Assembly (NCBI GenBank): GCA_041906785.1
Contig: JAYRIM010000012.1
Coordinates: 1 to 55,330 of the forward strand
DNA: 55,330 nt
Origin: Candidatus Levyibacteriota bacterium
GTDB lineage: Bacteria; Patescibacteriota; Microgenomatia; Levybacterales; UBA12049
Direction of reading: 5' to 3'
Shown here: piece by piece, positions 9,610 through 19,316 of the stretch
Position numbering within the stretch: the stretch's first letter is position 1
Layout: every line of letters begins with the position of its first letter
Notes under the pieces: model-generated
What the model was told of the DNA's origin: nothing
The model's input: only the letters and a program-made list of their open reading frames with translations
Database searches by the model: none
Made by a program: the position numbers and the translations under genes

Positions 9610-9783
9610 AAAACAATACGAAAAAATACCATTTTCATGGTAGCACTGTTGATTCTATCATAATCTCCTAAACTTACAAGCCCCGTTATATGTTCTCTAC
9701 CCTAACTAATAAGCTGAAATATTGGTTTTTCATAAAAACTGTAGTATAAAAACCTGTAGTTATTACATGTAACGGGGCAAGCC

Positions 9784-11556
9784 CTATCCTGATTTGAGTA
9801 AGCCAATAAGTTGTGAGTATACCTCCTTTAGTTTCTGTGTGTTTTCTTCATCTTTTTCTATCTCTTTCTCTTTTAATTCCTCTGTGATCTGCTTTATTTT
9901 CTCTTTTATATACATCTCCCGTAATTGTGTAGCTGTTTTCTCTACTTCGACGTGAAGTTTTTCATCGTTTTCGAACGCAGGGAGCGGTAATAACAGTGCA
10001 ATATTATATGGGGCCAGAAGCTCTGTCGGTATATATGACTGTAATGTATCCCGGGCACCATCCTTCATGTTCTCATAAAACCCAGCCAATACATAAAATA
10101 ATTTTTGAGAAGCTCGCTGCTTTGCCATAAATGGCTGTAGCTTCTGCCAAGAAGAAGCAAAATGTTTTTCTGGTGTAGTATCCTGTAAAATCAGTGCTAG
10201 CAAGTATTCTTCAAGCTTTTCTTCCCTTGATTTTTGTTTTAAATCCGAAGGCTCCTTTGCAGGTATAGGAAGCTTCTTTCGTAACCGTTCAAGCTCCTTT
10301 ATGATACTTTCCGACGAACTATGGATAGCATTACTGAGCTTATTAATGTAATGCTCCCTAACAATTGCATTTTCAATCTCATTAATAAAAGGAAGTACTT
10401 CTTCTGCAAAACGCTGTTTTCCTTCTGAACTATTCGTATCGTACTTTTGAGCTGTCTGCTCGAAAAGATAATCATAGATATTGCTGTCCCTCCTAACAGC
10501 CTCTTTAAAGAGAACTGGATTTGTACGGAGCGACTCATCTGGATCTTTACCTGAAGGAATGACTACAACAGTTGTTGCTATGCCACGTTTTGCAACAACT
10601 GAAAGACTTCTCTTTATAGCTTCCTGTCCAGCAGTATCTCCATCGAAACAAAACGTGATTTTTTCAGCGTATCGTGAGAGTAAACGAACTTGTTGTTCAG
10701 TTAACGCTGTTCCTTTTACAGCCACTACATTACTGATGCCATGCTGGAAACAACTTATGACGTCAACCTCTCCTTCGACGAGTAATACTTGGTTTTGTTT
10801 TTTAATTGCTTCTTTTGTAACATGTAACCCATACATTTGCTCCCGCTTATGATAAACAAGCGTATCTCTGGTATTTATATATTTGCCTCCATTCGCTGGA
10901 ATACCATCAACCACACGGCCTGAGAAACCAACAGTATTATCATGATGGTCAATAAGCGGAAACATTAAACGGCCTCGGAAGAAATCAATTACATCATATC
11001 TTCCCTGAAGTGCCAGTCCTGCATCAACTACATCTTCCTTCTTACATTGTTTTCTTCGAAGAAGGTATTTTGTGAGATCTGAGCCTCCTGCTGGAGCAAA
11101 ACCTAACTTAAATGTCTCTATTACTTTATCTGTAAGACCTCGTTGTTTTACATACTGAAGAGCATGATTACCTGCAGCATGCTTGGTTAAAATAAAATGA
11201 TAATATTCAGAAGCCAATGCGTTTATCTTATAGAGGGCTTCTTTTTTTGCAGAAGTAGCTGTATCTGCATAGGATTGAGAAATAAGTTCAATTCCTGCAC
11301 GTTTTGCAAGTATTTTTAACGCTTCTGGAAATTCTAATCGTTCATATTCCATTAAAAACGTATAGATATCTCCACCTTTCCCACAGCCAAAACAATGCCA
11401 GAGCTGCCGCTCTTGAGAAATATGAAAACTTGGTGTTTTCTCCCCGTGAAAAGGACATAATGCTTGGAAGTTCTTTCCTGCTTTTTTTATAGTTATATAT
11501 TCTGAAAGGAGGGAAACAATATCTATTTTTTCTCTAATTTGAGCGACTTGGTCCAT
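9784..11556 (-). CDS. dnaG: DNA primase
   Basis: Zinc ribbon 'CPFHGEKTPSFHISQERQLWHCFGCGKGGD', TOPRIM 'LLVEGEVDVISCFQHG' and 'CFDGDTAGQEA'. It lies upstream of rpoD, as in the classical macromolecular-synthesis operon. Confidence 0.95.
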   Translation of the reverse strand: MDQVAQIREKIDIVSLLSEYITIKKAGKNFQALCPFHGEKTPSFHISQERQLWHCFGCGKGGDIYTFLMEYERLEFPEALKILAKRAGIELISQSYADTATSAKKEALYKINALASEYYHFILTKHAAGNHALQYVKQRGLTDKVIETFKLGFAPAGGSDLTKYLLRRKQCKKEDVVDAGLALQGRYDVIDFFRGRLMFPLIDHHDNTVGFSGRVVDGIPANGGKYINTRDTLVYHKREQMYGLHVTKEAIKKQNQVLLVEGEVDVISCFQHGISNVVAVKGTALTEQQVRLLSRYAEKITFCFDGDTAGQEAIKRSLSVVAKRGIATTVVVIPSGKDPDESLRTNPVLFKEAVRRDSNIYDYLFEQTAQKYDTNSSEGKQRFAEEVLPFINEIENAIVREHYINKLSNAIHSSSESIIKELERLRKKLPIPAKEPSDLKQKSREEKLEEYLLALILQDTTPEKHFASSWQKLQPFMAKQRASQKLFYVLAGFYENMKDGARDTLQSYIPTELLAPYNIALLLPLPAFENDEKLHVEVEKTATQLREMYIKEKIKQITEELKEKEIEKDEENTQKLKEVYSQLIGLLKSG

Positions 11557-11696
11557 ACGAAGTAATTATGAGTTATGGGTGGTGAGTTATGAGTAGGAAC
11601 CTACAACCCACAACAGACAACTCATAACTGACAACTGCATTGTATCATGCGATTTCTAGAATTCCTATTCCAGGACATTTATAGTACAATTGACGA

Positions 11697-12179
11697 ATGC
11701 AACTCCATTTCCAAAAAACATCAGAATTACAAACATTATTGCATCGTATTTTCGAAAAGGAAAAGCAAAACATAAAGCGTGTGCTTCCAAATAGCGATAT
11801 CCAACATATAGGAAGTACTGCTATTCCTGGATTGTTGACGAAAGGCGATTTGGATATCCTCGTCCGTGTTAAAAAAGAAGAATTTTTACATGCTAAAGAA
11901 AGACTTTCTTCTCTCTATCGGTTTGACCCCGGGAATCCACCAACTGAAACCTATACGGGGTTTGATTCAAGTCACTATAACTTTCCGCTCGGCATCCAAC
12001 TTGTAGTGAATGGTTCAGAAGAAGATAATGAATTCATGAGAGTTCGGGAGCTCCTTTTAAAGAACGCTACTTTACGTGAACAATATAATGCGCTTAAACA
12101 AGCATATGAAGGAAAAGAGCGAGACGAATATAGAAAAGCAAAAGCACAATTCATCACAGCTATGCTTCAAACACACTAA
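11697..12179 (+). CDS. GrpB family protein (nucleotidyltransferase-fold, UPF0157)
   Basis: 'IQHIGSTAIPGLLTKGDLDILV' is the characteristic GrpB motif. Confidence 0.7.
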   Translation: MQLHFQKTSELQTLLHRIFEKEKQNIKRVLPNSDIQHIGSTAIPGLLTKGDLDILVRVKKEEFLHAKERLSSLYRFDPGNPPTETYTGFDSSHYNFPLGIQLVVNGSEEDNEFMRVRELLLKNATLREQYNALKQAYEGKERDEYRKAKAQFITAMLQTH

Positions 12180-12240
12180 TCTTTCTTCTTGACCTATGAA
12201 TAGCTGAGCAGTATACTCATCACAGACCTGACCATACTCA

Positions 12241-13836
12241 ATGCCAAAAAAATCTACTAAACATTCTTCAAAACAATCAAGCGCACTTGTGGCTGCAGTA
12301 GAGAAATCAGTGAAATCCGATTTCGAAGTAATCTATATGAAACATCAGGATTATGTAGGATGGCCGAAGAATACTCCCCATCTTTATCAAAATATTGCTA
12401 GAAAAAATTCTGCAGCGATCGTAGGAGCGGCACTAGGTGATGAAGGAAAAGGCCGACTGGTAGATAACCTTATCTCTACGTTTCTTAAAAAACCCGGTAT
12501 AAAAAAAGTGTATCTTGTTCGCTTTCAAGGCGGAAACAATGCTGGACATACAGTTGAAAAAGATGGGGTGAAACTCGCGCTCCACGTCGTTCCCTCCGGA
12601 ATTTTCTATAAAGATGTCATAGGTATTATGGACCGCGGAATGATTATTCATCCTGAAGATATGCAAACAGAAATTCTCTATGCTGAGAAACACGTTGGTA
12701 GTCTAAAAGGCCGATTGTTTCTGTCAAATGATGCAATCATGTGCAGTGATCTTGAACGGGCAGAAGAGCAAGTAAATAAAATTAAGGAAGGGAAATCAAA
12801 GGGCGGTACAGGACGCGGTATTGGACCAAGTTACGCCCATCATTATGATAAAACCGGCCTGAGAATTGCTGATTTACTAGGAGATGACTGGCAAGAAAAA
12901 TTGTCTAGTCGTTATGACCGCTATCTAAAAGAGTTTAGTGTATTTAACGTAGATCTGGCTACATCAGAAGTGCCAGATTTTTTTACAACGAAAAAAACTG
13001 GGATTTCTACAGTCAGAACTGTTGGTGATAAGAAAACGTTTCTAAAACGGTTAGCAGATACACGTGCGTGGATTATAAAAAGAAAATTAGTTACTAATAC
13101 GTTTCTTATCCATCAACGTATTAGTGATGATAAAACAGCAGCAGTCGTTTTTGAAGGCGCGCAAGCTGCCGGTTTAGATGCCTGGATAGGAACTCGCCCA
13201 GATGTTACAGCCTCGAATACATCTGCATATGGAATACGAGAAGGAACCGGGTTTTGGCGTATTGAAAATATCTATTACATAATCGGTGTTATTAAAATTC
13301 CATATACCTCAAGTGTCGGTGCTCGACGAATGCCTACACATATAGACCTTCCGAAGAATCTCTCTGATCTACCGAAGAATCGTTCGAATGAGCAAGAATG
13401 GGCAGCATTTGTTCGTGAAACAGCACATGAATATGGAACCACCACAGGCAGACCAAGAGATATAAATTATATTGACTTATCGCTCATTACATATAATGCC
13501 CGTATGGCAGGAGTTGAAACGCTTGCTATAACACATGCAGATATTGCACGCGAAACAGATACTATCCAAGTGTGTACACACTACACAGATAAAAAAGGCA
13601 ATCTCGTATATTATCAGCCAGGGCTATCATTTATCGCTGATGTTATTCCTCATTATGTTTCACTACCAGGATGGGATGGGACAGCTTGCCAGAAAGCAAA
13701 AACAATATCCGATTTACCCAGAAATTGTTTAAAATTTCTTGCGTTTATCCAAAAAAGGACAGGATTTCCGATTGTGGTTGCTACGACAGGACCAGACCGA
13801 AGAAATATTATTACCTTCCCAGGCTACATAGACTAG
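12241..13836 (+). CDS. purA: Adenylosuccinate synthetase (extended, insert-bearing form)
   Basis: P-loop 'GDEGKGRLVD', 'GGNNAGHTV', 'GTGRGIGPSY' and 'TTGRPR'. It has about 55 extra N-terminal residues and internal inserts. My recollection is that typical bacterial PurA is about 430 aa. Confidence 0.85.
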   Translation: MPKKSTKHSSKQSSALVAAVEKSVKSDFEVIYMKHQDYVGWPKNTPHLYQNIARKNSAAIVGAALGDEGKGRLVDNLISTFLKKPGIKKVYLVRFQGGNNAGHTVEKDGVKLALHVVPSGIFYKDVIGIMDRGMIIHPEDMQTEILYAEKHVGSLKGRLFLSNDAIMCSDLERAEEQVNKIKEGKSKGGTGRGIGPSYAHHYDKTGLRIADLLGDDWQEKLSSRYDRYLKEFSVFNVDLATSEVPDFFTTKKTGISTVRTVGDKKTFLKRLADTRAWIIKRKLVTNTFLIHQRISDDKTAAVVFEGAQAAGLDAWIGTRPDVTASNTSAYGIREGTGFWRIENIYYIIGVIKIPYTSSVGARRMPTHIDLPKNLSDLPKNRSNEQEWAAFVRETAHEYGTTTGRPRDINYIDLSLITYNARMAGVETLAITHADIARETDTIQVCTHYTDKKGNLVYYQPGLSFIADVIPHYVSLPGWDGTACQKAKTISDLPRNCLKFLAFIQKRTGFPIVVATTGPDRRNIITFPGYID

Positions 13837-14021
13837 TGAACTCTTCTGCTTTGTAAAAAATCTACTAACACCATCAAGGTGATAAGACCTAGCGGCACAA
13901 TAACTAACCATGCTAAGAGAAATGATAAAACTGAATCTTCCATAACTTTTTTCTATCACAAAAATGTAAGAGAAGTGTAAAAAGTATGAGTGAGACGAGC
14001 AATAAGTGATACACTGTTTCT

Positions 14022-14354
14022 ATGAGTGATCTAACGACACAACGTTGCGTGCCATGTGAAGGGAATGTTCAAGCCTATACTGCTGAGCAGATTGCTCTTT
14101 ATACTTCACAAGTTCCAGATTGGTCGCTCATAGATAACAAGAAACTTCAGCGGACATTTCTCTTTAAAAATTTTTCAGAGGCACTTGCGTTTGTTAATAA
14201 TGTTGGAGCGATAGCAGAAAAAGAAGGACATCATCCAGATATTAATTTGCATAATTGGAATAAGGTAACTCTAACGTTCTGGACCCATGCAATAAATGGT
14301 TTATTTCTCAATGATTTTATTCTTGCTGCAAAAATAGACACACTGATCACATAA
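14022..14354 (+). CDS. phhB: Pterin-4-alpha-carbinolamine dehydratase (PCD/DCoH family)
   Basis: 'ALAFVNNVGAIAEKEGHHPDINLHNWNKVTLTFWTH' carries the canonical HHPD motif. Confidence 0.85.
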   Translation: MSDLTTQRCVPCEGNVQAYTAEQIALYTSQVPDWSLIDNKKLQRTFLFKNFSEALAFVNNVGAIAEKEGHHPDINLHNWNKVTLTFWTHAINGLFLNDFILAAKIDTLIT

Positions 14355-14419
14355 CTATTCGTTATACTTTGCTCTTTTATTGCTAGACATATTTCTCTTT
14401 TTTCCTGCATAATGAATAT

Positions 14420-15952
14420 ATGCTAGCGAAAGTTCTATCTGCTGCTGTCGTAGGCATAGATGCATTACCTGTAGAGGTTGAAGTAGATATTGCTTCGCAA
14501 GGACTTCCATCGTTTACCATAGTCGGACTACCAGATAAAGCTGTGGAAGAAGCAAAAGAGCGAGTAAGATCAGCAATTAAAAATTCCGGAGCAGACTTTC
14601 CTGCTAAACGAATTACTGTTAACCTAGCTCCTGCAGATCTACCAAAAGAAGGTCCTACCTATGATCTACCTATTGCTCTTGGCATATTATTGGCATCAGG
14701 GCAATTACAAGCTGATATCTCTGACATTCTATTTATTGGTGAATTATCGCTTGATGGGAATGTTCGAGCAGGCAATGGCATTCTTCCACAAGTATTAATG
14801 GCCGGAAAGCAACGTATTTCTAGTGTTTTTCTTCCGGCTGATAATGCACCTGAAGCTGCAATTATTGACACTGTCTCGATCTTTCCTATTTCGAATGTAG
14901 TGTCACTGATGCAACATCTAAATAAACAAAAAACAATTAACCCATTACCACCTATCTCATTTCAAAAAATAATAGCTCAGAATGATCATGAATATGACAT
15001 GAAAGATGTAAAAGGTCAGCAGAAAGCCAAGCGCGCGCTAGAGATTGCTGCAGCTGGTGGCCATAATCTGCTCATGAAAGGTCCACCTGGCGGAGGAAAA
15101 ACGCTGTTAGCAAGAACGCTCCCGTCCATTCTGCCAGAATTAACATTTGAGGAAACGCTTGAAGTTACGAAAATATATAGTGTCGCTGGGCAATTGGATA
15201 GTCAAGTCGTTATGCAACAGCGTCCTTTTCGATCTCCCCATCATACTATTTCGCTCGCAGGACTTATTGGCGGTAGCAGCAATCCTAAACCTGGAGAAAT
15301 GACGCTTGCCCACCGAGGGGTTCTTTTCCTGGATGAGTTTCCTGAATTTCCTCGACATATTTTAGAAGGGATGAGACAGCCCATAGAAGACGGTATTGTT
15401 ACAATCTCTCGAGCAAATGGAAAAACGACATTTCCCGCTAAATGTATGATTATTGCTGCACAAAACCCCTGTCCATGTGGCTATCTCGGCGATCCCACTC
15501 ATCAATGTGTATGTACTGCTTTACAAATAAATCGTTACCAAAAAAAGATTTCTGGACCATTATTAGATAGAATCGATCTTCATATTGATTTACCTGCAAT
15601 TAAAGTAGATAAACTTACAGAAGATGCTATCCTCGTTGAACCTTCTTCACGTATCAGAGCCCGGGTTCAAAAAGCTCGAGATACCCAAACAAAGCGATAT
15701 AAAAATACTCTACTTACTTGTAATGCTGAACTAACCAGTAAACTGATACGAGAATATTGTGTATTGACAGAAGAAAGTAAGCAGTTATTAAAAAGGGCTG
15801 TTATAACACTACATCTTTCAGGTAGAGCATATCATCGAGTTATTAAAATTGCGCGTACTATAGCTGATCTCGAAGCTTCGGAAACAATTTCTGAAAAACA
15901 TATTGCCGAAGCATTGCGATATAGACCTCGTGTAGTATTAAGTAGCATGTAG
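14420..15952 (+). CDS. comM: YifB/ComM family Mg-chelatase-like AAA+ ATPase
   Basis: N-terminal Lon-like 'LPSFTIVGLPDKAVEEAKERVRSAI', Walker A 'GPPGGGKT', 'GVLFLDEFPEF', the Zn-ribbon-like 'CPCGY...C.C' and 'SGRAYHRVIKIARTIADL'. Confidence 0.9.
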   Translation: MLAKVLSAAVVGIDALPVEVEVDIASQGLPSFTIVGLPDKAVEEAKERVRSAIKNSGADFPAKRITVNLAPADLPKEGPTYDLPIALGILLASGQLQADISDILFIGELSLDGNVRAGNGILPQVLMAGKQRISSVFLPADNAPEAAIIDTVSIFPISNVVSLMQHLNKQKTINPLPPISFQKIIAQNDHEYDMKDVKGQQKAKRALEIAAAGGHNLLMKGPPGGGKTLLARTLPSILPELTFEETLEVTKIYSVAGQLDSQVVMQQRPFRSPHHTISLAGLIGGSSNPKPGEMTLAHRGVLFLDEFPEFPRHILEGMRQPIEDGIVTISRANGKTTFPAKCMIIAAQNPCPCGYLGDPTHQCVCTALQINRYQKKISGPLLDRIDLHIDLPAIKVDKLTEDAILVEPSSRIRARVQKARDTQTKRYKNTLLTCNAELTSKLIREYCVLTEESKQLLKRAVITLHLSGRAYHRVIKIARTIADLEASETISEKHIAEALRYRPRVVLSSM

Positions 15953-16034
15953 TATGTATTAAGTTATTTCAGATGAGCATTCTACTTGCTACATGATTCA
16001 TACTACACTAGTATAGTAAAATACTACCGCTTTT

Positions 16035-16910
16035 ATGAGAAAGTTTTTCACAATAATTGTATATACAGTTATCATACTCCTTATAGGCAGAAATGTACCT
16101 CAACTTCCACGATTTTTTATCTTTACCACTCCCCAAAGACAGAAAAATCTTTTTCTTGAAAATTTGAAAAGGGAAACGTATAAACGCATACAATCACAAA
16201 AAGCGAATTACGGTATTTACTTTGCTGATTTTAATACTAACGATGCGTTTGGGATAAATCACAAAGAAATTTTTACTGCTGCTTCTGTAAATAAGGTACC
16301 AATAGTTGCCGTTCTTTATTATCTAGAACATAAGGGGAAAATAGATTTAGATGAACAGATTACGCTCCAAAAGGAAGATATCCAAGATTATGGTACAGGT
16401 TCTCTTCGCTATCAAAAGCCAGGTGAAACCTATTCATTAAAAACACTTGCGAAATTGTCACTACAACAATCTGATAATACTGCAGCACATATTCTCGCCA
16501 ACCGTATCGGAATGCCAGCAGTCCAAAAGACAATTAGTCAATGGGGCCTGGCACAAACAGATATGGAGAACAATAAAACCTCGCCATATGATATGTATAT
16601 TCTTTTTAAAAAATTGTATAAAGGTGAAATTACTTCAGTAGCTCGCACACAGGAGCTATTCGGTTTTATGATAGATACAGATATTGAAGACCGACTTTCA
16701 GCTAATGTACCTAACGGCACGCAAGTTTACCATAAAACTGGAGACGTCGTGGGTGGACTTCATGATGTGGGAGTCATCCAAAGAGACGGTGTTGTTTTTT
16801 TCCTAGGGATTATGACGTCTGAAATCGGTGAGAGCGAACAGCAAGTGAAAAATACTATTGGGACAATAGCGCATGATATTCTTTCAAGCTACGAAAAGAA
16901 AGATCTATAA
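16035..16910 (+). CDS. Class A beta-lactamase-like serine hydrolase, membrane anchored
   Basis: SxxK 'SVNK', SDN 'SDNTAA' and KTG 'HKTGD' occur in the correct order and spacing. An N-terminal hydrophobic anchor is present. Confidence 0.75.
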   Translation: MRKFFTIIVYTVIILLIGRNVPQLPRFFIFTTPQRQKNLFLENLKRETYKRIQSQKANYGIYFADFNTNDAFGINHKEIFTAASVNKVPIVAVLYYLEHKGKIDLDEQITLQKEDIQDYGTGSLRYQKPGETYSLKTLAKLSLQQSDNTAAHILANRIGMPAVQKTISQWGLAQTDMENNKTSPYDMYILFKKLYKGEITSVARTQELFGFMIDTDIEDRLSANVPNGTQVYHKTGDVVGGLHDVGVIQRDGVVFFLGIMTSEIGESEQQVKNTIGTIAHDILSSYEKKDL

Positions 16911-16912
16911 TG

Positions 16913-17974
16913 TTATAACAGACGTGGCTGATCTTCGTTTTGTTTCGGAAAAGTAATATCTAAATGCTGATATGCCTGTTTCGTCGCCACTCTTCCTCGT
17001 GGAGTACGCTGAATAAATCCTATTTGGAGTAAATACGGTTCTACCACTTCTTCTAATGTACCAATATCTTCTGAGATAGTTGAGGCAAGTGTTTCTACAC
17101 CTACTGGTCCTCCGCTGTGTTTTTCGATAATCGCACGCAGAAAACGAATGTCATGTTCATCAAGACCAAGCTCATCAACTCTAAGCATGTGTAATGCCTC
17201 TTTAGCTAACTGTTCAGTAATCTTACCAGTCCCTTTTACTTGGGCATAATCACGAACTCTTTTTAAAAATTTTAAGGCGATTCTGGGAGTACCACGACCT
17301 CTTTTTGAAATCTCATGAATACTTTTCTCATCAATGTCGACGTTCAATTTTTTAGCTGCGTTTTTAATGATTACTCCTAATTCTTCTGGCGAGTAAAAGT
17401 TAAGTCGATGAATGACGCCAAATCTATCACGCATTGGCGCTGACAATAATCCTATACGTGTTGTTGCACCGATAATCGTAAATTGGGGAAGATCTAAACG
17501 TAAAGTACGCGCTGATGGCCCTTTACCTATAATAATATCTAAGGCGAAGTCTTCCATCGCAGGATAGAGTGTCTCTTCTACAACTTTATTTAAACGATGA
17601 ATCTCGTCAATAAAGAGAATGTCACCTTTTTCAAGGTTCGTTAATATAGAAGCGAGGTCCCCAGCTCTTTCAATCGCCGGCCCTGATGTTACTCGGATAT
17701 TACTTCCCATCTCCTTCGCTATTATGTGGGATAAGGTTGTTTTGCCTAACCCTGGAGGGCCATAGAGTAGAACATGCTCAATTGACTCACTCCTTTTTTT
17801 GGCAGCTTCTATGGCTATTTTTAACGCTGTTTTAATATTTTCTTGGCCATGAAACTCTGCCCATGATTTAGCTCTAACAGATGTAAGCAATACTTCCTCT
17901 TCAGGATTAATTTGTTCAGTTGGTAACTGTGTTTTGTTTATCATAATTTCCAATTTCGAATTTCCATTTTCCAA
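16913..17974 (-). CDS. ruvB: Holliday junction branch migration ATPase RuvB
   Basis: '[20 protein letters not shown]', '[10 protein letters not shown]', '[17 protein letters not shown]', 'RGTPRIA' and '[17 protein letters not shown]'. Confidence 0.95.
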   Translation of the reverse strand: MENGNSKLEIMINKTQLPTEQINPEEEVLLTSVRAKSWAEFHGQENIKTALKIAIEAAKKRSESIEHVLLYGPPGLGKTTLSHIIAKEMGSNIRVTSGPAIERAGDLASILTNLEKGDILFIDEIHRLNKVVEETLYPAMEDFALDIIIGKGPSARTLRLDLPQFTIIGATTRIGLLSAPMRDRFGVIHRLNFYSPEELGVIIKNAAKKLNVDIDEKSIHEISKRGRGTPRIALKFLKRVRDYAQVKGTGKITEQLAKEALHMLRVDELGLDEHDIRFLRAIIEKHSGGPVGVETLASTISEDIGTLEEVVEPYLLQIGFIQRTPRGRVATKQAYQHLDITFPKQNEDQPRLL

Positions 17975-18047
17975 TTAATTTCTAATGTATCAATTAACCA
18001 ATTCGCAACTTGAAACTAACTGGAAATTGGCAACTGGAAACTGAAAA

Positions 18048-18620
18048 TCACTTTCCTAAATATTTCAGTGCAAGACGTATCTTTTCACTTGTTGTAGCTC
18101 CATCTTTCTGTGTTGCTCGAATTGCCGTGATAGCTTCTTGCTGAGTGAAACCAAACCCTTTTAAAGCCTCACTGACCTCATCAACTCCCGTACCCATTGT
18201 ATTAATATCTAGATCTTCTCCTGTTCCCAGTTTCCCTTTTAATTCAATGATCAATTTTTGTGCGTTCTTTTTCCCAAGCCTTGGTACAGCAGTGAAAAAC
18301 GCTGCATCTCCTTGAAGAATTGCTTTTATAATGTCCCCTCGAGTCCCAACAGAAAAAATACCGACAGCTGTCTTCGGACCAATACCCGAAACATTTAAAA
18401 ATTGTTCAAATAGTTGTAAATCTCCGAAATCTTTAAAACCATATAATTCTAAGGTGTCTTCACGAACATGTGTATAGATACTTAGGCTAACAACATCTTG
18501 AAGTTTTATCTGTGAAAGAACTGAGGAAGCCGCTAATACTTTATAGCCGACACCGTGAACATCAATAATAATATACGGATCGGAACGATGGATAACGATT
18601 CCTTTGAGCAGCGCAATCAT
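18048..18620 (-). CDS. ruvA: Holliday junction DNA helicase subunit RuvA
   Basis: 'MIALLKGIV......IIIDVHGVGYKV', HhH 'LNVSGIGPKTAVGI' and 'VPRLGKKNAQKLIIELKGK'. The longer ORF to 18692 runs into a repeat element and is rejected. Confidence 0.9.
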   Translation of the reverse strand: MIALLKGIVIHRSDPYIIIDVHGVGYKVLAASSVLSQIKLQDVVSLSIYTHVREDTLELYGFKDFGDLQLFEQFLNVSGIGPKTAVGIFSVGTRGDIIKAILQGDAAFFTAVPRLGKKNAQKLIIELKGKLGTGEDLDINTMGTGVDEVSEALKGFGFTQQEAITAIRATQKDGATTSEKIRLALKYLGK

Positions 18621-18654
18621 AGAAGTAGGGAGATTATAACATACTAAAAAAGAT

Positions 18655-18745
18655 ACATGAGACAAAAGGGACAGAAGAGCCAAAAGAACCAAAGGGGAAA
18701 TCTTACCTTTGTCTCCTATGTCTCACTTGTCTCCTTGGTCCCATT
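18655..18745. repeat. Intergenic structured repeat, copy 1 (family shared with 21083-21178)
   Basis: It shares 'gaagagccaaaag' and 'ttacc(c)ctttgtctc..ttgtctc' with copy 2. Internally complementary words are gagacaaaagg / cctttgtctc. It lies between ruvC and ruvA. Confidence 0.6.
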
Positions 18746-18746
18746 T

Positions 18747-19226
18747 TTACTTTGGCATTTTCATTGAGAAAGCATGAGTTAAAGCAATTGCTAATGCATC
18801 AGCGACATCATCAGGCTTTGGTATTATTTCTAGCTTTAACAACGTCTTTACCATTTGTCCAATTTGTGTTTTTTCTGCCCTGCCATATCCTGTTAAAGCC
18901 ATTTTCACTTGGAGAGGTGTATAAATTGCTACAGGAAGTTTCGCCTGACAAGCAGCAAGGAGAACAACACCACGCGCCTGTCCGACAATTAATGCAGTTT
19001 TCGCATTAGTATTAAAAAACAACTCTTCAATCGCTAAAACATCAGGATTTTCTCTGTTAATAATTTCTTGTAGTTGCTGATATACATCCAGTAGCCGCTC
19101 TTCAATCTTTCCGTTTACTTCTGTTTCAATACAGCCAAAATTTTGACTTTTGAATTTTGAATTTTGAATTTCTATCACTCCCCACCCTGTCCTTCCAATA
19201 CCTGGGTCTATTCCTACAATCTTCAT
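18747..19226 (-). CDS. ruvC: Crossover junction endodeoxyribonuclease RuvC
   Basis: 'MKIVGIDPGIGRTGWGVIE', 'LAIEELFF', 'GQARGV' and 'DDVADALAIALTH'. The ATG at 19226 is preferred to the ORF start at 19277. Confidence 0.9.
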   Translation of the reverse strand: MKIVGIDPGIGRTGWGVIEIQNSKFKSQNFGCIETEVNGKIEERLLDVYQQLQEIINRENPDVLAIEELFFNTNAKTALIVGQARGVVLLAACQAKLPVAIYTPLQVKMALTGYGRAEKTQIGQMVKTLLKLEIIPKPDDVADALAIALTHAFSMKMPK

Positions 19227-19316
19227 ATATCCCAGTATACCATGACACCATGTCCCATAGTTTGACTTTCCCTTCACTCTTGTTTATAATACGAAAGTAC
19301 AGTACAATATATCACT

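Noticed and set aside
18621-18692. The N-terminal 24-aa extension of ruvA (ORF track start 18692), and similarly the extension of ruvC to 19277
   Set aside because: The extensions are hydrophobic or low-complexity. The ruvA one is encoded by the intergenic repeat element. Canonical RuvA (MIALLKG) and RuvC (MKIVGIDPG) N-termini begin at internal ATGs.
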